Position numbers and translations under genes: made by a program. 64,000 nucleotides of DNA, taken from Alcaligenaceae bacterium. Its GTDB lineage: Bacteria; Pseudomonadota; Gammaproteobacteria; Burkholderiales; Burkholderiaceae_B. Numbering within the stretch: position 1 is the stretch's first letter; every line of letters starts with the position of its first letter. This document shows positions 1 to 13,940 of the stretch, piece after piece. The stretch spans positions 2,104-66,103 of the forward strand of contig JBIQHJ010000003.1 of assembly GCA_044508625.1 (NCBI GenBank), given 5' to 3'. Below the pieces are notes generated by a model that saw nothing but the letters and a program-made list of their open reading frames with translations, was not told the DNA's origin and ran no database searches.

Positions 1-259
1 TGGGTCATGGCGAGACTCGCGGGCGGATACGGGTGCCGCATGCGGCGGCAGAGTTGAGGACCTTACGCCGTCCGATCCGGGCCAGCAAGAGCCCCTGGCC
101 ATGATACGTCCCTATTTATGATTCCATGATTATCGGGCCGTAGAAAATGGGGACGGAACAAATCACATGAAAAATAAAGGTAGTATTCGGCGCTTGGGCC
201 GCAAGCCAGGCGGGAAAACCCCTATGGAAAGCCTCAAAAATTTTATTTTGGCACGGCCA

Positions 260-1072
260 TCAGCCCTGGTCGAGCGTTGCGCCGCCGTCGACGCGCAGGT
301 CGTGCAGGGTGATGTGGCTCGCGCGGGCCGAGAGCAGGAACAGCACGGATTCGGCGATTTCCTCGGGGGTGGCGATCTTGCCCAGCGGGATGCCGAGGCG
401 CCAGCGCGCCAGGTCGCCCTGGATGACGGCCTCGCGCGAGCTGCCTAGCGCCCACATGGCCCGCTGCATGGCGGTGTCCGTCGAGCCCGGCGAGACGATG
501 TTGACGCGGATGCCGTGCGGCGCGAGCTCCAGGGCCAGGCAGCGGCTGAATTGCGTGACCGCCGCCTTGGAGGCGGCGTAGGCGGACATGCCGGCCCGCG
601 GGGTGCCGGCGGCATTCGAGCTGACGTTCACGATGGCTCCGGCGCCGCGCGCCCGCATGCCGCGCGCGACGGCGCGGCAGACGTGGAACACCCCCGTCGC
701 GTTGACCGCGAAGCAATGCGCCCACTGTGCATCGCTCAGGTCGACCACGTCGCCCATCTCGAGCACGCCGGCCACGCAGGCCAGGCCGTCCAGGGGGCCC
801 AGGGCCGCCTCGGCCTCGGCCACGACGCGCTCGACCCGTTCAGGGTCGCGGACGTCCAGGGGCGCCGTCCATAGCCGGCCGTCGGCGCCCGCCTCCGCGG
901 CGACGGACCGGCGCAGCGCCGCGAGGCCCACCTCGTCGCTGTCGGTGGCCGCCACGGCGGCGCCCTGCGCCAGCAACTGCCGCGCGACCGCGGCGCCGAT
1001 GCCGCTGGCCGCGCCGGTCACCAGGACGCGGCGGCCCATGAATCCGGTTTCGGGGGCTGAGATAGGGGTCAT
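260..1072 (-). CDS. entA: 2,3-dihydro-2,3-dihydroxybenzoate dehydrogenase (SDR family)
   Basis: [11 protein letters not shown] motif, YAASK catalytic motif, [10 protein letters not shown] and LGIPLGKIA typical of EntA/DhbA. ATG at 1072 overlaps the entB stop (ATGA). Confidence 0.92.
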   Translation of the reverse strand: MTPISAPETGFMGRRVLVTGAASGIGAAVARQLLAQGAAVAATDSDEVGLAALRRSVAAEAGADGRLWTAPLDVRDPERVERVVAEAEAALGPLDGLACVAGVLEMGDVVDLSDAQWAHCFAVNATGVFHVCRAVARGMRARGAGAIVNVSSNAAGTPRAGMSAYAASKAAVTQFSRCLALELAPHGIRVNIVSPGSTDTAMQRAMWALGSSREAVIQGDLARWRLGIPLGKIATPEEIAESVLFLLSARASHITLHDLRVDGGATLDQG

Positions 1073-1707
1073 GGCGCCAGCGCCTCGCAGATTTCGTCGG
1101 TCGTCAGGCTCATGCCGCAGCAGCGCGCGACGTGCGTGACGGCCATGTGGTGGTCGGCCAGGCTGAAGTCCGCGCAGGCGTCGATGACGAGGAAGGGCTG
1201 CACGTCCTGCATGAAGGCCTCCAGGGCCGTGGCCATGCAGCCGATGTGCGCATAGACGCCGGTGATGATGAGCTGGTCGCGGCCCAGGTCCCGCAGGCGC
1301 GCGCGCAGGTCCGAGCGCTGGAAGGCGCTGTAGCGCCATTTCGTGAGGACGGTGTCCCCGGGGTGTGGCGCCAGGGCCGCGACGATGCCCGCGCCGGCCC
1401 GCTGCCCCGGCGCGGTGAGGCCGGGTCCCCAGAAATCATTCAGCAGCGCGCGGTCGGCGTCGGGCTGCACGGGCGGCTGGGCGGTGTAGAACACCGGGAT
1501 GCCCAGCGCGTCGCAGCGGCCGCGCAGCCGCGCGATGGCGGCGATCAGCGCCGGGATGGGCTCGCGCGCGACGTCGTACTTGCCCAGGAAATAGTCCTGC
1601 ATGTCGTGGATCAGCAGCGCCGCGCGGCGGGCGTCGGGGCGCCATTGCGCGCGGTTGGGCACCGGGGCGCCGGGCATCTCGTAGGGCGCCAGGGAGGGGA
1701 TGCTCAT
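1069..1707 (-). CDS. entB: Isochorismatase, IC domain only (no fused aryl carrier)
   Basis: [29 protein letters not shown] and GVYAHIGC motifs. The ORF ends at about 212 aa without an ArCP domain. Confidence 0.9.
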   Translation of the reverse strand: MSIPSLAPYEMPGAPVPNRAQWRPDARRAALLIHDMQDYFLGKYDVAREPIPALIAAIARLRGRCDALGIPVFYTAQPPVQPDADRALLNDFWGPGLTAPGQRAGAGIVAALAPHPGDTVLTKWRYSAFQRSDLRARLRDLGRDQLIITGVYAHIGCMATALEAFMQDVQPFLVIDACADFSLADHHMAVTHVARCCGMSLTTDEICEALAP

Positions 1708-2882
1708 GGGGTGGAATCCAGGTCCAGCGCGTCCAGAATGGTACGCAGTTTGTTGCCGGTCTCGATGCGCTCCTGCTCGGGGATCGAGCCGGGGACGATG
1801 CCGGCGCCGGCGTAGAGGGTCAGCTCGCGCCCGGTGGCGCGGGCGCAACGGATGGCCACGGACCAGGCGCCGTCGCCATCGGCGTCGCACCAGCCCACGG
1901 CGCCGGCGAAATAGCCGCGTTCGAAGGGCTCGATCTCGGTGATGGCGCGGCGCGCGGCGGCGGCGGGCAGGCCGCAGACGGCCGGCGTGGGATGCAGGGC
2001 GAGGGCGAGGTCCAGCGCGCCGATGGCGGGATCGGCCAGTTCGCCCGAGATCGGGGTGCCCAGGTGCCAGAGGCGGGCCGTGGCGGTGAGGCTCGGGCGC
2101 GCGGGGATGTCCAGGACGCGGCACAGCGGGCGCAGGGCGGCCTCGATGGCCTCGATCACCACGGCGTGCTCGCGCAGGTCCTTGGGCGAATCGAGCAGCG
2201 CCTGCGCGTGGCGCGCGTCGGCGGCGGGGTCTGGATGGCGCGCGGCGGTGCCGGCCAGCGGATGGAGGATGATCCGGCGGCCCCGGCGCCGCACCAGCAG
2301 CTCGGGGCTGGCGCCGAGGAAATAGTCGCCGCCGCCGGCGTCCAGCGGCATGGCGTAGGTGTAGCCCTTGGCGTTGTGCAGCCACAGGCGGCCGAGGATG
2401 CGGCGCACGTCGGCCGGCTGTTCCAGCCCGATCCGCAGCGTGCGCGCCAGCACCACTTTGCGCAGGGTCGGATCCGCGCCCATGCGTGCCAGGGCGTCGT
2501 GCACCCCCTGTTCGTAGGAGGCTCCCGAGGGGTGTTCCTGGGTGCGCAGGATGCCCGCCGGGCGGGCCGGAGGCAGCGCGCCCGGCGGGGCCATGCGATG
2601 CAGCGCCTCGGGCACGATGAGCTGCGCGGGCCGGGCGGGGTCGAAGGGCAGCAGGCCCATCAGCACCGGGGCGGCCGAGCGGTCCGCCGCCTCGGCCAGC
2701 AGCTCGGCCGCGCGGCGCGCGACGGCGCCCGTGGCCTGGGCGCGCAGCAGGCTGCCGCGGCCGTGGTAGACCTCGTCCCGCGAGGCGAACAGGCTGTCGC
2801 CGGGCTGGAAGTCGGCCAGCGAGCTCGCCGGGGCATCCAGGCCGGGGAACGCGCGGGTCAGCATGTCCATGTCACTTGGCAT
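1704..2882 (-). CDS. entC: Isochorismate synthase
   Basis: LRKVVLAR, FLGASPELL, PLAGT, KDLREH, LHPTPAVCG and YAGAGIV chorismate-binding motifs, in the ent operon context. Confidence 0.88.
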   Translation of the reverse strand: MPSDMDMLTRAFPGLDAPASSLADFQPGDSLFASRDEVYHGRGSLLRAQATGAVARRAAELLAEAADRSAAPVLMGLLPFDPARPAQLIVPEALHRMAPPGALPPARPAGILRTQEHPSGASYEQGVHDALARMGADPTLRKVVLARTLRIGLEQPADVRRILGRLWLHNAKGYTYAMPLDAGGGDYFLGASPELLVRRRGRRIILHPLAGTAARHPDPAADARHAQALLDSPKDLREHAVVIEAIEAALRPLCRVLDIPARPSLTATARLWHLGTPISGELADPAIGALDLALALHPTPAVCGLPAAAARRAITEIEPFERGYFAGAVGWCDADGDGAWSVAIRCARATGRELTLYAGAGIVPGSIPEQERIETGNKLRTILDALDLDSTP

Positions 2883-3992
2883 GGGCCTCGATGCGCAGCA
2901 GGCGGTCGCCGTTCGGATCGTCCCTGCCCTTGGTCTTGATCAGCGCCCACGCCGTGCCCTGCGGATCGACGGCGATGTGGTTCGGGGCCGAGCCGCTGGC
3001 GACCTGCGCCTGGATGACGCCCATGTCGTCGAGCACCGTGATCGTGCCCGCGCCGCGGTTGGCGACGTAGGCCAGGCGGTGCAGCGGGTCGAAGGCCACG
3101 TTCAGGGCGCCGTCGCCGGTCGCCACGCGCCACAGGGCGCGGCCGTCGCGCGCGTCCAGCACGATGACGTCGCCCGACTTCTGCGAGGCCACGTAGATCC
3201 GCTGCGCCTGGCTGTCCACCGCGATGCCCGAGGCGCCCACGGCGCCTGGAACGGCGTAGCGGGCGACCTGGCGGCCGGTGGCGGTGTCGATGGCAAAGAC
3301 CTCCGCCGTGTTCAGGCTGACCGCGTACAGGCGCTGGCGCGCCGCGTCCAGGGCCAGGCTCATCGGCTTGGGCATCTCGCCCGCCCCGCTCAGGGTGATG
3401 CCGGGCACGGCTTGCAGCGTGGCCGTGTCGAACACGTGGATGACGTTGCTCGCCGGCGAGGACACGTAGGCGCGGTCGTGCGCGGCGTCGATCAGCACGT
3501 CGCGGGAATGCGGCGTGACGTCGTCCGGGAATTGCTTGACCAGGGCCAGGTCCGACTGCCGGTAGACGGCGACCGAACCGCTGCGCGTGTTGGTGGTCCA
3601 CACCTGCCCGTGGGCGTCATCGACCGCGACCCCGTAGATGGCCTGGACCTGGCCGTCCTGGCGGCCGGCCTGCGGGGGCGGCGTGATCGCGGCCTCGATG
3701 CGCATGGTGGCGGGATCGATCTTCAGCAGGCGGGACTCGCGCACGGGCGGACGGCCGACGGCGCTGGCGACGTAGAGGCGCTGGGCGCGCTGGCTGTAGG
3801 CGACCTGGTAGACGCCCGGGACCAGGGCGACGGAGTGCGCGTCGATCGTCCACGTGGGCACGGCGGCGACTGGGGCCGGCGGCGGGGGCGGGACCGGTTC
3901 GGTGGTGGCGCAGCCGGCCGCCAGGCCCAGGAACGCGCCGGCGAGGAGTATCTGGACGGCGCGGGCCAGCGGGCGCCGGAGAGTGGTCGAAG

Positions 3993-3996
<4 letters not shown>
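2872..3996 (-). CDS. YncE-family beta-propeller lipoprotein
   Basis: Hydrophobic N-terminus ending LAAGC (lipobox-like), then repeated YVAS/AYVS/IYVAS propeller blades. Stop/start overlaps with entF and entC. Confidence 0.8.
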
Positions 3997-8065
<4,069 letters not shown>

Positions 8066-8069
<4 letters not shown>

Positions 8070-8332
8070 GCCGCCTGGCCCATGGCCCGGGACGCGACGG
8101 CCCACCAGTGCGCCAGGGTGGCCTCGGCCGCGAGGTCGGCGAAGTCCAGGTCGGCGCCGGCCTCGCGCCAGCCCGAGGCGAGCTTCATGATGCGCATGGA
8201 GTCCAGGCCCAGGTCCATGAGGTTGTCGTCGTCGCGGATGTCCGCGGGGTCCTCGTGCACCATGCGGGCGATGTCCGCGCGCATGCGTTCCAGGGTCAGG
8301 GAAGGGGTGGCGGTCGATTCGGGCATGGTCAT
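8066..8332 (-). CDS. Stand-alone aryl carrier protein (EntB C-terminal-like)
   Basis: About 88 aa with DNLMDLGLDSMRIM (phosphopantetheine Ser) and TLAHWW. Translationally coupled between entE and entF. Confidence 0.88.
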
Positions 8333-9987
8333 TTTCCTTGTGTGTCCTGGTGCGCCAGGAGCTGGGCGCGCAGTTCGGCGCGCAAGGCCTTGCGGCTGAT
8401 CTTCAGGGCGGCGGTCGCGGCGAAGCGCTCGACGAACACGATCTGGTCGGGCACCTTGAAATCCGCCACGCCGCGGCCCCGGATCCACTGCTTGAGCTCC
8501 GCGGGGCGCGGCTTGCCGCCCTTGGGGATGACGAAGGCGCAACTGCGCTCGCCCAGGTATTCGTCGGGCACCGACACCACGGCGGCGTCGAAGACCTGGG
8601 GGTGCGACAGCAAGTGATCCTCGATTTCCTCGGCGGAGATCTTTTCCCCCGCCCGGTTGATGTGGTCGCCGGCGCGGCCCTGGACCTCGAGATAGCCCTC
8701 GGGCGTCATGCGCACCACGTCGCCGGTGCGGTAGTAGCCGTCCTCGGTGAACGAGCGCGCGTTGGCCGAGGGATTGTCGTGGTAGGCGCGGATCGTGTAG
8801 GGGCCGCGCGTGAGCAGGTGCCCGGGCTGGCCGGGCTCGACCGGGCGGCCCTCGTCGTCCAGGATCAGGATCTCGTCGTCCGGGCTGATGGGGCGGCCCT
8901 GCGTGTGGATGATGATGTCCTCGGGATCGTCCAGCCGGGTGTAGTTGACCAGCCCCTCGGCCATGCCGAAGACCTGCTGCAGGGTCGCGCCCAGCACGGG
9001 GCGCACGCGGCGGGCGATTTCGGCCGACAGCTTGGCGCCGCCGACCTGGATGGTGCGCAGGGTGCCAAGCCGGTGGCGGGTGGCCGGCGCCAGGTCCAGC
9101 CATTGCAGCAGCAGCGGAGGCACCAGGCTGGTGACCGTGACGCCTTCGCGCTCGATCAGCGCAAAGGACGATTCAGGGTCCGGCGAGGGACTGAGCACGA
9201 CCCGCCCGCCCGCGTACAGCGTGCCGAGAAAGCCCGGGGAACTCATGGGGAAGTTGTGCGCGATCGGCAGGGCGCCGAGGAACACCGTATCCGGTCCCAG
9301 GCCGCAGATGCGCGCCGATTCCCGCAGGGTGTAGATGTAGTCGTCGTGCGTGCGCGGGATCAGTTTCGACAGGCCCGTGCTGCCGCCCGAAATCTGCAGG
9401 AAGGCGACGTCCGGTCCCTGCGAGACGGTCGCGGGCACCGCGGCGCCGTCGCTCGCGTACAGGGATTCCAGGGGGGCGTGCCCATCGGGCTCGCCCGAGA
9501 TCCAGGCCTGCTCGACCCAGGGGCAGCGCTCGCGCAGTTCGCGCGCCAGCGCGCGATAGTCGAAGCCCGCGTGCGTCGCGGCGGCCACGTAGGCGCGCGC
9601 CGCCGATCCCTTGGCGAAATGCTCGATCTCGGTGATGCGGTGGGCGGGCAGCGCGTACACCGGAATCAGCCCGGCGCGGAACAGGCCCATCACCACGCCG
9701 ATGAAATCCGGGATATTGGGCAGGTGCACCAGGACGCGGTCGCCGTGCCGCAGGCCCGCGCGCAGAAAGCCGGCCGCCAGGGCGGAGGCCCTGCGGTCCA
9801 GCTCGCCGTAGCTCCAGCGCTGGTCGCCGCCGACGACCGCGATCCGGTCCGGATGCGCGGTGGCGCGCTCGCGCAGCCAGGCGCCGAAGGTTTCGTTGCG
9901 CCAGTAGCCGGCGGCGCGATAACGGCCGGCGAATTCGGCCGGCCAGACCTGCGTCGGGACGGCAGTCGAGGGAATGGATGTGCTCAT
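8329..9987 (-). CDS. entE: 2,3-dihydroxybenzoate-AMP ligase
   Basis: SGGSTGLSKLIPRTH, AHNFPMSSPG (Ser at the DHB-selecting position rather than the Cys of salicylate ligases) and GMAEGLVNYT. Confidence 0.93.
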   Translation of the reverse strand: MSTSIPSTAVPTQVWPAEFAGRYRAAGYWRNETFGAWLRERATAHPDRIAVVGGDQRWSYGELDRRASALAAGFLRAGLRHGDRVLVHLPNIPDFIGVVMGLFRAGLIPVYALPAHRITEIEHFAKGSAARAYVAAATHAGFDYRALARELRERCPWVEQAWISGEPDGHAPLESLYASDGAAVPATVSQGPDVAFLQISGGSTGLSKLIPRTHDDYIYTLRESARICGLGPDTVFLGALPIAHNFPMSSPGFLGTLYAGGRVVLSPSPDPESSFALIEREGVTVTSLVPPLLLQWLDLAPATRHRLGTLRTIQVGGAKLSAEIARRVRPVLGATLQQVFGMAEGLVNYTRLDDPEDIIIHTQGRPISPDDEILILDDEGRPVEPGQPGHLLTRGPYTIRAYHDNPSANARSFTEDGYYRTGDVVRMTPEGYLEVQGRAGDHINRAGEKISAEEIEDHLLSHPQVFDAAVVSVPDEYLGERSCAFVIPKGGKPRPAELKQWIRGRGVADFKVPDQIVFVERFAATAALKISRKALRAELRAQLLAHQDTQGK

Positions 9988-10006
9988 GATAATGAGAATG
10001 ATTATA
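9988..10006. promoter_or_regulatory. Fur box at the entE start
   Basis: GATAATGAGAATGATTATA matches 16/19 of GATAATGATAATCATTATC and abuts the entE ATG. Confidence 0.85.
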
Positions 10007-10061
10007 TTCCAAGAGTATAGGAAATTTCCCTGATAGCGGTCCACTCATGCGGGGCTGGTGT

Positions 10062-10127
10062 GGGCCTGAGAGCGACTCTGTGGGGGCCTGAGAGCGACTC
10101 TGTGAGGGCCTGAGAGCGGCTCGCGGA
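10062..10127. repeat. 22-bp tandem repeat x3
   Basis: GGGCCTGAGAGCGACTCTGTG(G/A) at 10062 and 10084, with a degenerate third copy at 10106. Confidence 0.9.
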
Positions 10128-10178
10128 GGCCGCGAGATGGGCCTCCCGCAATCCGTGGGCCACCAGGCTCGGGCATGT

Positions 10179-10919
10179 TCAGGCCAGCAGTCGAGGGTCC
10201 TCCAGCCAGTCCGCCAGGTCCAGCCGCAGCAGTTTCCAGGCATCTCGTCCATCCGGTGCGGGCGCCAGGCACAGGGCGGCGCAGTGTTCGGGCGATTGCC
10301 ATAACACGCGCACCCGCAGGCCCTCGGCCTCGGGTACGCCGGAGGCGCGGCGCCAGCCGCCGTCGTCCGCCGCCAGCCGCAGGCGGCCCGGCTCGGCGGC
10401 CAGGCCCAGGCCGCAGGCCTTGAGCACGGCCTCGCGGCAGACCCATTCGATGCAAAACGCCTGCGGGTCGCGGAGCGCTTCGCTCGCGTCCTCGCCGGTC
10501 ACGAGCCGCAGCAGCGCCGCATCCACCGCCGCGGGGCGGGTTTCCACGTCCACGCCCAGGGGTTGCGGGCCGATGGCCACCAGCACCATGGGTCCGCTGT
10601 GGGCGATGTTGAAATGCCACTCGGACTCGGCCGGGCCGCCGTCGCTGCCTGGACGGTGGAGCGGAATCTCGTGGTCCGGGGCCAGGCCGGGCTTGCCGTT
10701 CGGGCCGGCCGCCAGCGGCACCTCGGCCGGCGCCAGGCCCAGTCGATCGGCCAGCAGGCGCCGCGCCAGTGCGCGTCCCGCCAGGCTGCGCAGCCGGTCG
10801 GCGGGCTGGCGCAGGCGGGTGATCCATTGCCATTCCCCGGCGGGCAAGTCGCGGCGCAGGCGCTGCGCCTGGCCGGCGTCCGGCAATCCGTGCGAAGCGA
10901 TGACCAGGGTCTCGGCCAT
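10179..10919 (-). CDS. 4'-phosphopantetheinyl transferase (Sfp/ACPS superfamily)
   Basis: GPNGKPGL, FNIAHSG, LGVDVE and WVCREAVLKACGLGL motifs, next to the NRPS cluster. Confidence 0.88.
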   Translation of the reverse strand: MAETLVIASHGLPDAGQAQRLRRDLPAGEWQWITRLRQPADRLRSLAGRALARRLLADRLGLAPAEVPLAAGPNGKPGLAPDHEIPLHRPGSDGGPAESEWHFNIAHSGPMVLVAIGPQPLGVDVETRPAAVDAALLRLVTGEDASEALRDPQAFCIEWVCREAVLKACGLGLAAEPGRLRLAADDGGWRRASGVPEAEGLRVRVLWQSPEHCAALCLAPAPDGRDAWKLLRLDLADWLEDPRLLA

Positions 10920-10927
10920 GTGGGCTC

Positions 10928-11719
10928 CTACTCGGCCGCCAGCTCGATGGCGCGCCGGGCGGAGGCGGGCAGGGCCTCGCCGTGGCCGACGCCCTCCAGC
11001 AATTCCAGCCGGCAGTCCAGCCTGGGGATGCCCGCCAGGCGTCCGGCCAGCGCGCGCAGGGCCGGCAGCGTCGGCACGCCGCCCTGGCGCGCTTGCGGCG
11101 CGGCCGGATCGCGGGGCTGCGCATGCCATTCCTCCAGGGTGCCGGCCATCAGCGTCAGGCGCAGCGGGCGCGGGGGCGGCGACAGGCGCAGGCCGTCGAG
11201 CAGGGTGCCGGCCAGGCCCTCGCGCCACCACAGCGAGGGGCTGGCGCAGATCGTGTGGGCGAAGGCGCCCGGCCGGCGCGCCAGCGCGTACAGCGCGCAC
11301 AGGCCGCCGTAGGAGTGGCCGTACAGGCTCGCGCGGCCGCGGTCGATGGCGGTTTGCGCGCCCGCCCAGTCCATCATCGGGCCCAGCAGTTCGTCGAGGA
11401 ATGCGTCGGCGCCGCCGCATTGCCATTCCGGCACCCTCGGATCGGGCCAGAGCCCGCCGCCCGGGGCGGGCGGCGTGTAGTCGAGGGCGCGGCGCGCGAG
11501 CGCCCGCGGCCCGGCGGGGCCGTGGCCCGGGATCAGCACGGCACAGCGCGCCAGCGCGTCGGGCGCGGGCCGCGGGGGCCAGACCCAGTCGCCGTCCAGC
11601 AGCACCAGCAGGGGCCATCCGGCGGGCGGCGGCGGGCCATCAGGCGCATGCAGCCGCAGCGGCCGCGCCAAGTGCGTCCCCGCGGCACCCGCCGTCAGGG
11701 TGATGCTCCGCAGGCTCAT
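10928..11719 (-). CDS. Alpha/beta-hydrolase siderophore esterase (IroE/BesA-like)
   Basis: LLVLLDG, RALDYTP, GGADAFL, GHSYGG nucleophile elbow and SPSLWW. No obvious signal peptide. Confidence 0.82.
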   Translation of the reverse strand: MSLRSITLTAGAAGTHLARPLRLHAPDGPPPPAGWPLLVLLDGDWVWPPRPAPDALARCAVLIPGHGPAGPRALARRALDYTPPAPGGGLWPDPRVPEWQCGGADAFLDELLGPMMDWAGAQTAIDRGRASLYGHSYGGLCALYALARRPGAFAHTICASPSLWWREGLAGTLLDGLRLSPPPRPLRLTLMAGTLEEWHAQPRDPAAPQARQGGVPTLPALRALAGRLAGIPRLDCRLELLEGVGHGEALPASARRAIELAAE

Positions 11720-11840
11720 GGATGCTCCCTCATTCCTCGTCGTCCCCCGCATGGCGCCGACAGGCTGCGACCCTCGTTCCGTGACCACGGCAGCCTGCTG
11801 TTTCTCGCCGTTCCTCGCCCCCGAGCCGCGCCGCGGCGTC

Positions 11841-13070
11841 CTAAGGCTTCAGATTCACCAGATAGGTCCCCTGCAAGGGCACGGCGAGAAAGCGGGTGTT
11901 GATGGCCTTCAGCGTGGCCGCCGGATCGACGTCGGCGAAACGGTCCGGGTGGATCCAGTGCGCCAGCGCCTCGATGAACACCACGTGCAGGGGCGAATCG
12001 TTGAAGGCGTGCCAGATCCCGTGGCTGTTGCCCGAGCGCACGGCCGGCAGGGCGCCGAGGTGGTTGTCCTCGATCACGCGCCGCAGGCTGGCGCGGGCCT
12101 CGGCTTCGCTCACGCCGGCGCCGATGGCCAGGCCCTTGGCCGCGCGCGAGCCGGTGCCCGTGGCCACGTAGACCGTCGGCGCGCGCGAGTTGATGTATTC
12201 GAAGTTCAGCTTGCCTGTCGCGGTCTTCAGGACGTCGGCGCCGATGTTGTGGCCGCCCGCGTAGCGGACCATTTCATTGAACGTGCCCACGCCCGGCGAA
12301 TTGCAGCAATCCGTGCTGCCCGCGTGGGCGTGGACGAAGACCGGCGGGCGGTCCGCGTCGGCGAGGCCCTCGAGCCGCCGCGCGACGGTCCCCAGGTGCT
12401 CCTCGTAGAAGCGGATGAAGGCCTCGGCCCGGTCCTCGTGGCCGATGGCCCGGCCCAGCGCCCGCAGGCTGGGGATGGTGTTCTCCATCGGCCGCATGAA
12501 GAAATCGATCACGATCACCGGGACTCCGGCCGTCTCCAGGCTGCCGATGAGCGGCGACTCGGAGGCCGGCTGTCCCGGTGCGAGGCCGGCGAACGAGGCC
12601 GTCATGACCACGAGGTCCGGGCGCAGCGCCAGCGTGCTCTCGACCGAGAACGAGTCGGCCCGGTGGCGCCCGACGACCGGCACTTTGGCCAGGCTGGGGA
12701 AGCGCTCGAGCGCGACCTCGTAGTCCGGTTCGAAAGAGGTCTTGAACTCGTCGGACCAGCCCGCCAGGATCGCCGCCGGATCCGGCGTCAGCAGCGACAG
12801 CACCTGGAAATGGCGGGCCTGGGCGAGCACCACGCGCCGCGCGGGCCCGGGCAGCGTGACCTCGCGGCCGAGGATGTCGGTGACCTGGATGGGGGCCGCG
12901 GCCGCCGGCCGCGGGGCGAGCGCCGCCAGGCCGGCCAGCAGCGCCGGCAGCAGCAGCGTCGCCAGCAGTCCCGGCAGCGCGGCGCGCAGGCGCGTGAGGG
13001 CCGTCCGTCGCCGGGGCGAGGCCCGGGTCGCGGAGGCGGGATGGCGGGGGTCGGTCGGAGGTGGTCGCAT
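11841..13070 (-). CDS. Periplasmic iron-siderophore binding protein (FecB/FepB class III)
   Basis: Signal-like N-terminus ending AAAAP, IQVTDILGREVTLP..ARRVV, SVESTLALRPDLVV. First gene of the ABC set. Start uncertain. Confidence 0.8.
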   Translation of the reverse strand: MRPPPTDPRHPASATRASPRRRTALTRLRAALPGLLATLLLPALLAGLAALAPRPAAAAPIQVTDILGREVTLPGPARRVVLAQARHFQVLSLLTPDPAAILAGWSDEFKTSFEPDYEVALERFPSLAKVPVVGRHRADSFSVESTLALRPDLVVMTASFAGLAPGQPASESPLIGSLETAGVPVIVIDFFMRPMENTIPSLRALGRAIGHEDRAEAFIRFYEEHLGTVARRLEGLADADRPPVFVHAHAGSTDCCNSPGVGTFNEMVRYAGGHNIGADVLKTATGKLNFEYINSRAPTVYVATGTGSRAAKGLAIGAGVSEAEARASLRRVIEDNHLGALPAVRSGNSHGIWHAFNDSPLHVVFIEALAHWIHPDRFADVDPAATLKAINTRFLAVPLQGTYLVNLKP

Positions 13071-13141
13071 GGGGCGTGGATGGCTGTCGGGTGGCGGATC
13101 CGGACGGCGCGTCCGGGGCGGAATCGGAGGGTGGGCGCCGG

Positions 13142-13927
13142 TCATGGCGCGGGCGCGCACAGGCCGTCGATGAGGACGTGGGCCAGGCCGCGCGAGCAGG
13201 TCTCGACCCGCGCCGAGACCTCGTAGACCCGGGCCAGCGACTCGGCGGTGATCACCTCGTCCGGTCGGCCGTGGCCCGCCAGCTCGCCCTCGCGGATCAG
13301 CAGGGCCTCGTCGCTGCGCTGCAGGGCGATGTTCAGGTCGTGCAGCACGATCAGTGTGGTCAGGCCGTGTTCCTGTGTCTCTTGCGTGAGCAGGTCCATC
13401 ACGTGGCACTGGTAGTTCAGGTCCAGGGCCGAGAGCGGCTCGTCGAGCAGCAGCAGCCGCGGCTTGCGGATCAGGGCCTGGGCCAGGCCCACGAGCTGCT
13501 TCTGCCCGCCCGAGAGCTGGTCCAGGTAGTGCATGGCCAGGTGCTCGATGCCCAGGCGGCCCAGCACCTCCAGGATCCGCTGGGGATCGACGGCCTGGGC
13601 CTGCGGATCCAGGTCCGAGGCGCGCGCGGCCACCATGACGGACTCGAACACCCGCAGGTGCACGGCGGCCGGCAGGGACTGCGGCAGATAGACCACGCGC
13701 TGCGCCCGGCGCTCGAAGGTCAGGCGCGTGAGGTCCTGCCCGTCCAGCATCACCTGCCCGTGCGAGGCCTTCAGCAGGCCGGCCAGGGCCTTGAGCAGCG
13801 TCGATTTGCCGCTGCCGTTGGGGCCCAGCAGCGACACCACCCGGCCGGGCATCAGCGGGCCGGCGGAAAGGTTCCGGATGATGGGGCGGCGGCCGTAGGC
13901 CACCGACAGGTCCTGGATCTGGAGCAT
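13142..13927 (-). CDS. Iron-siderophore ABC transporter ATPase (FepC/FecE-like)
   Basis: GPNGSGKST Walker A, LSGGQKQ signature, LLLDEP Walker B and the LHDLN H-loop. Confidence 0.9.
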   Translation of the reverse strand: MLQIQDLSVAYGRRPIIRNLSAGPLMPGRVVSLLGPNGSGKSTLLKALAGLLKASHGQVMLDGQDLTRLTFERRAQRVVYLPQSLPAAVHLRVFESVMVAARASDLDPQAQAVDPQRILEVLGRLGIEHLAMHYLDQLSGGQKQLVGLAQALIRKPRLLLLDEPLSALDLNYQCHVMDLLTQETQEHGLTTLIVLHDLNIALQRSDEALLIREGELAGHGRPDEVITAESLARVYEVSARVETCSRGLAHVLIDGLCAPAP

Positions 13928-13940
13928 GGCGTACGGAGGC

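Noticed and set aside
105-145. Possible Fur box downstream of entA
   Set aside because: AT-rich with AATCAT cores, but the best 19-mer alignments tried matched under half of the consensus.
10062-10127. Mini-CRISPR interpretation of the 22-bp repeats
   Set aside because: The copies are contiguous without spacers.
11761-11797. 8-bp inverted repeat CAGGCTGC...GCAGCCTG between the SBP and esterase genes
   Set aside because: The loop is long and there is no U-tract in the minus-strand direction of transcription, so it is not supportable as a terminator.
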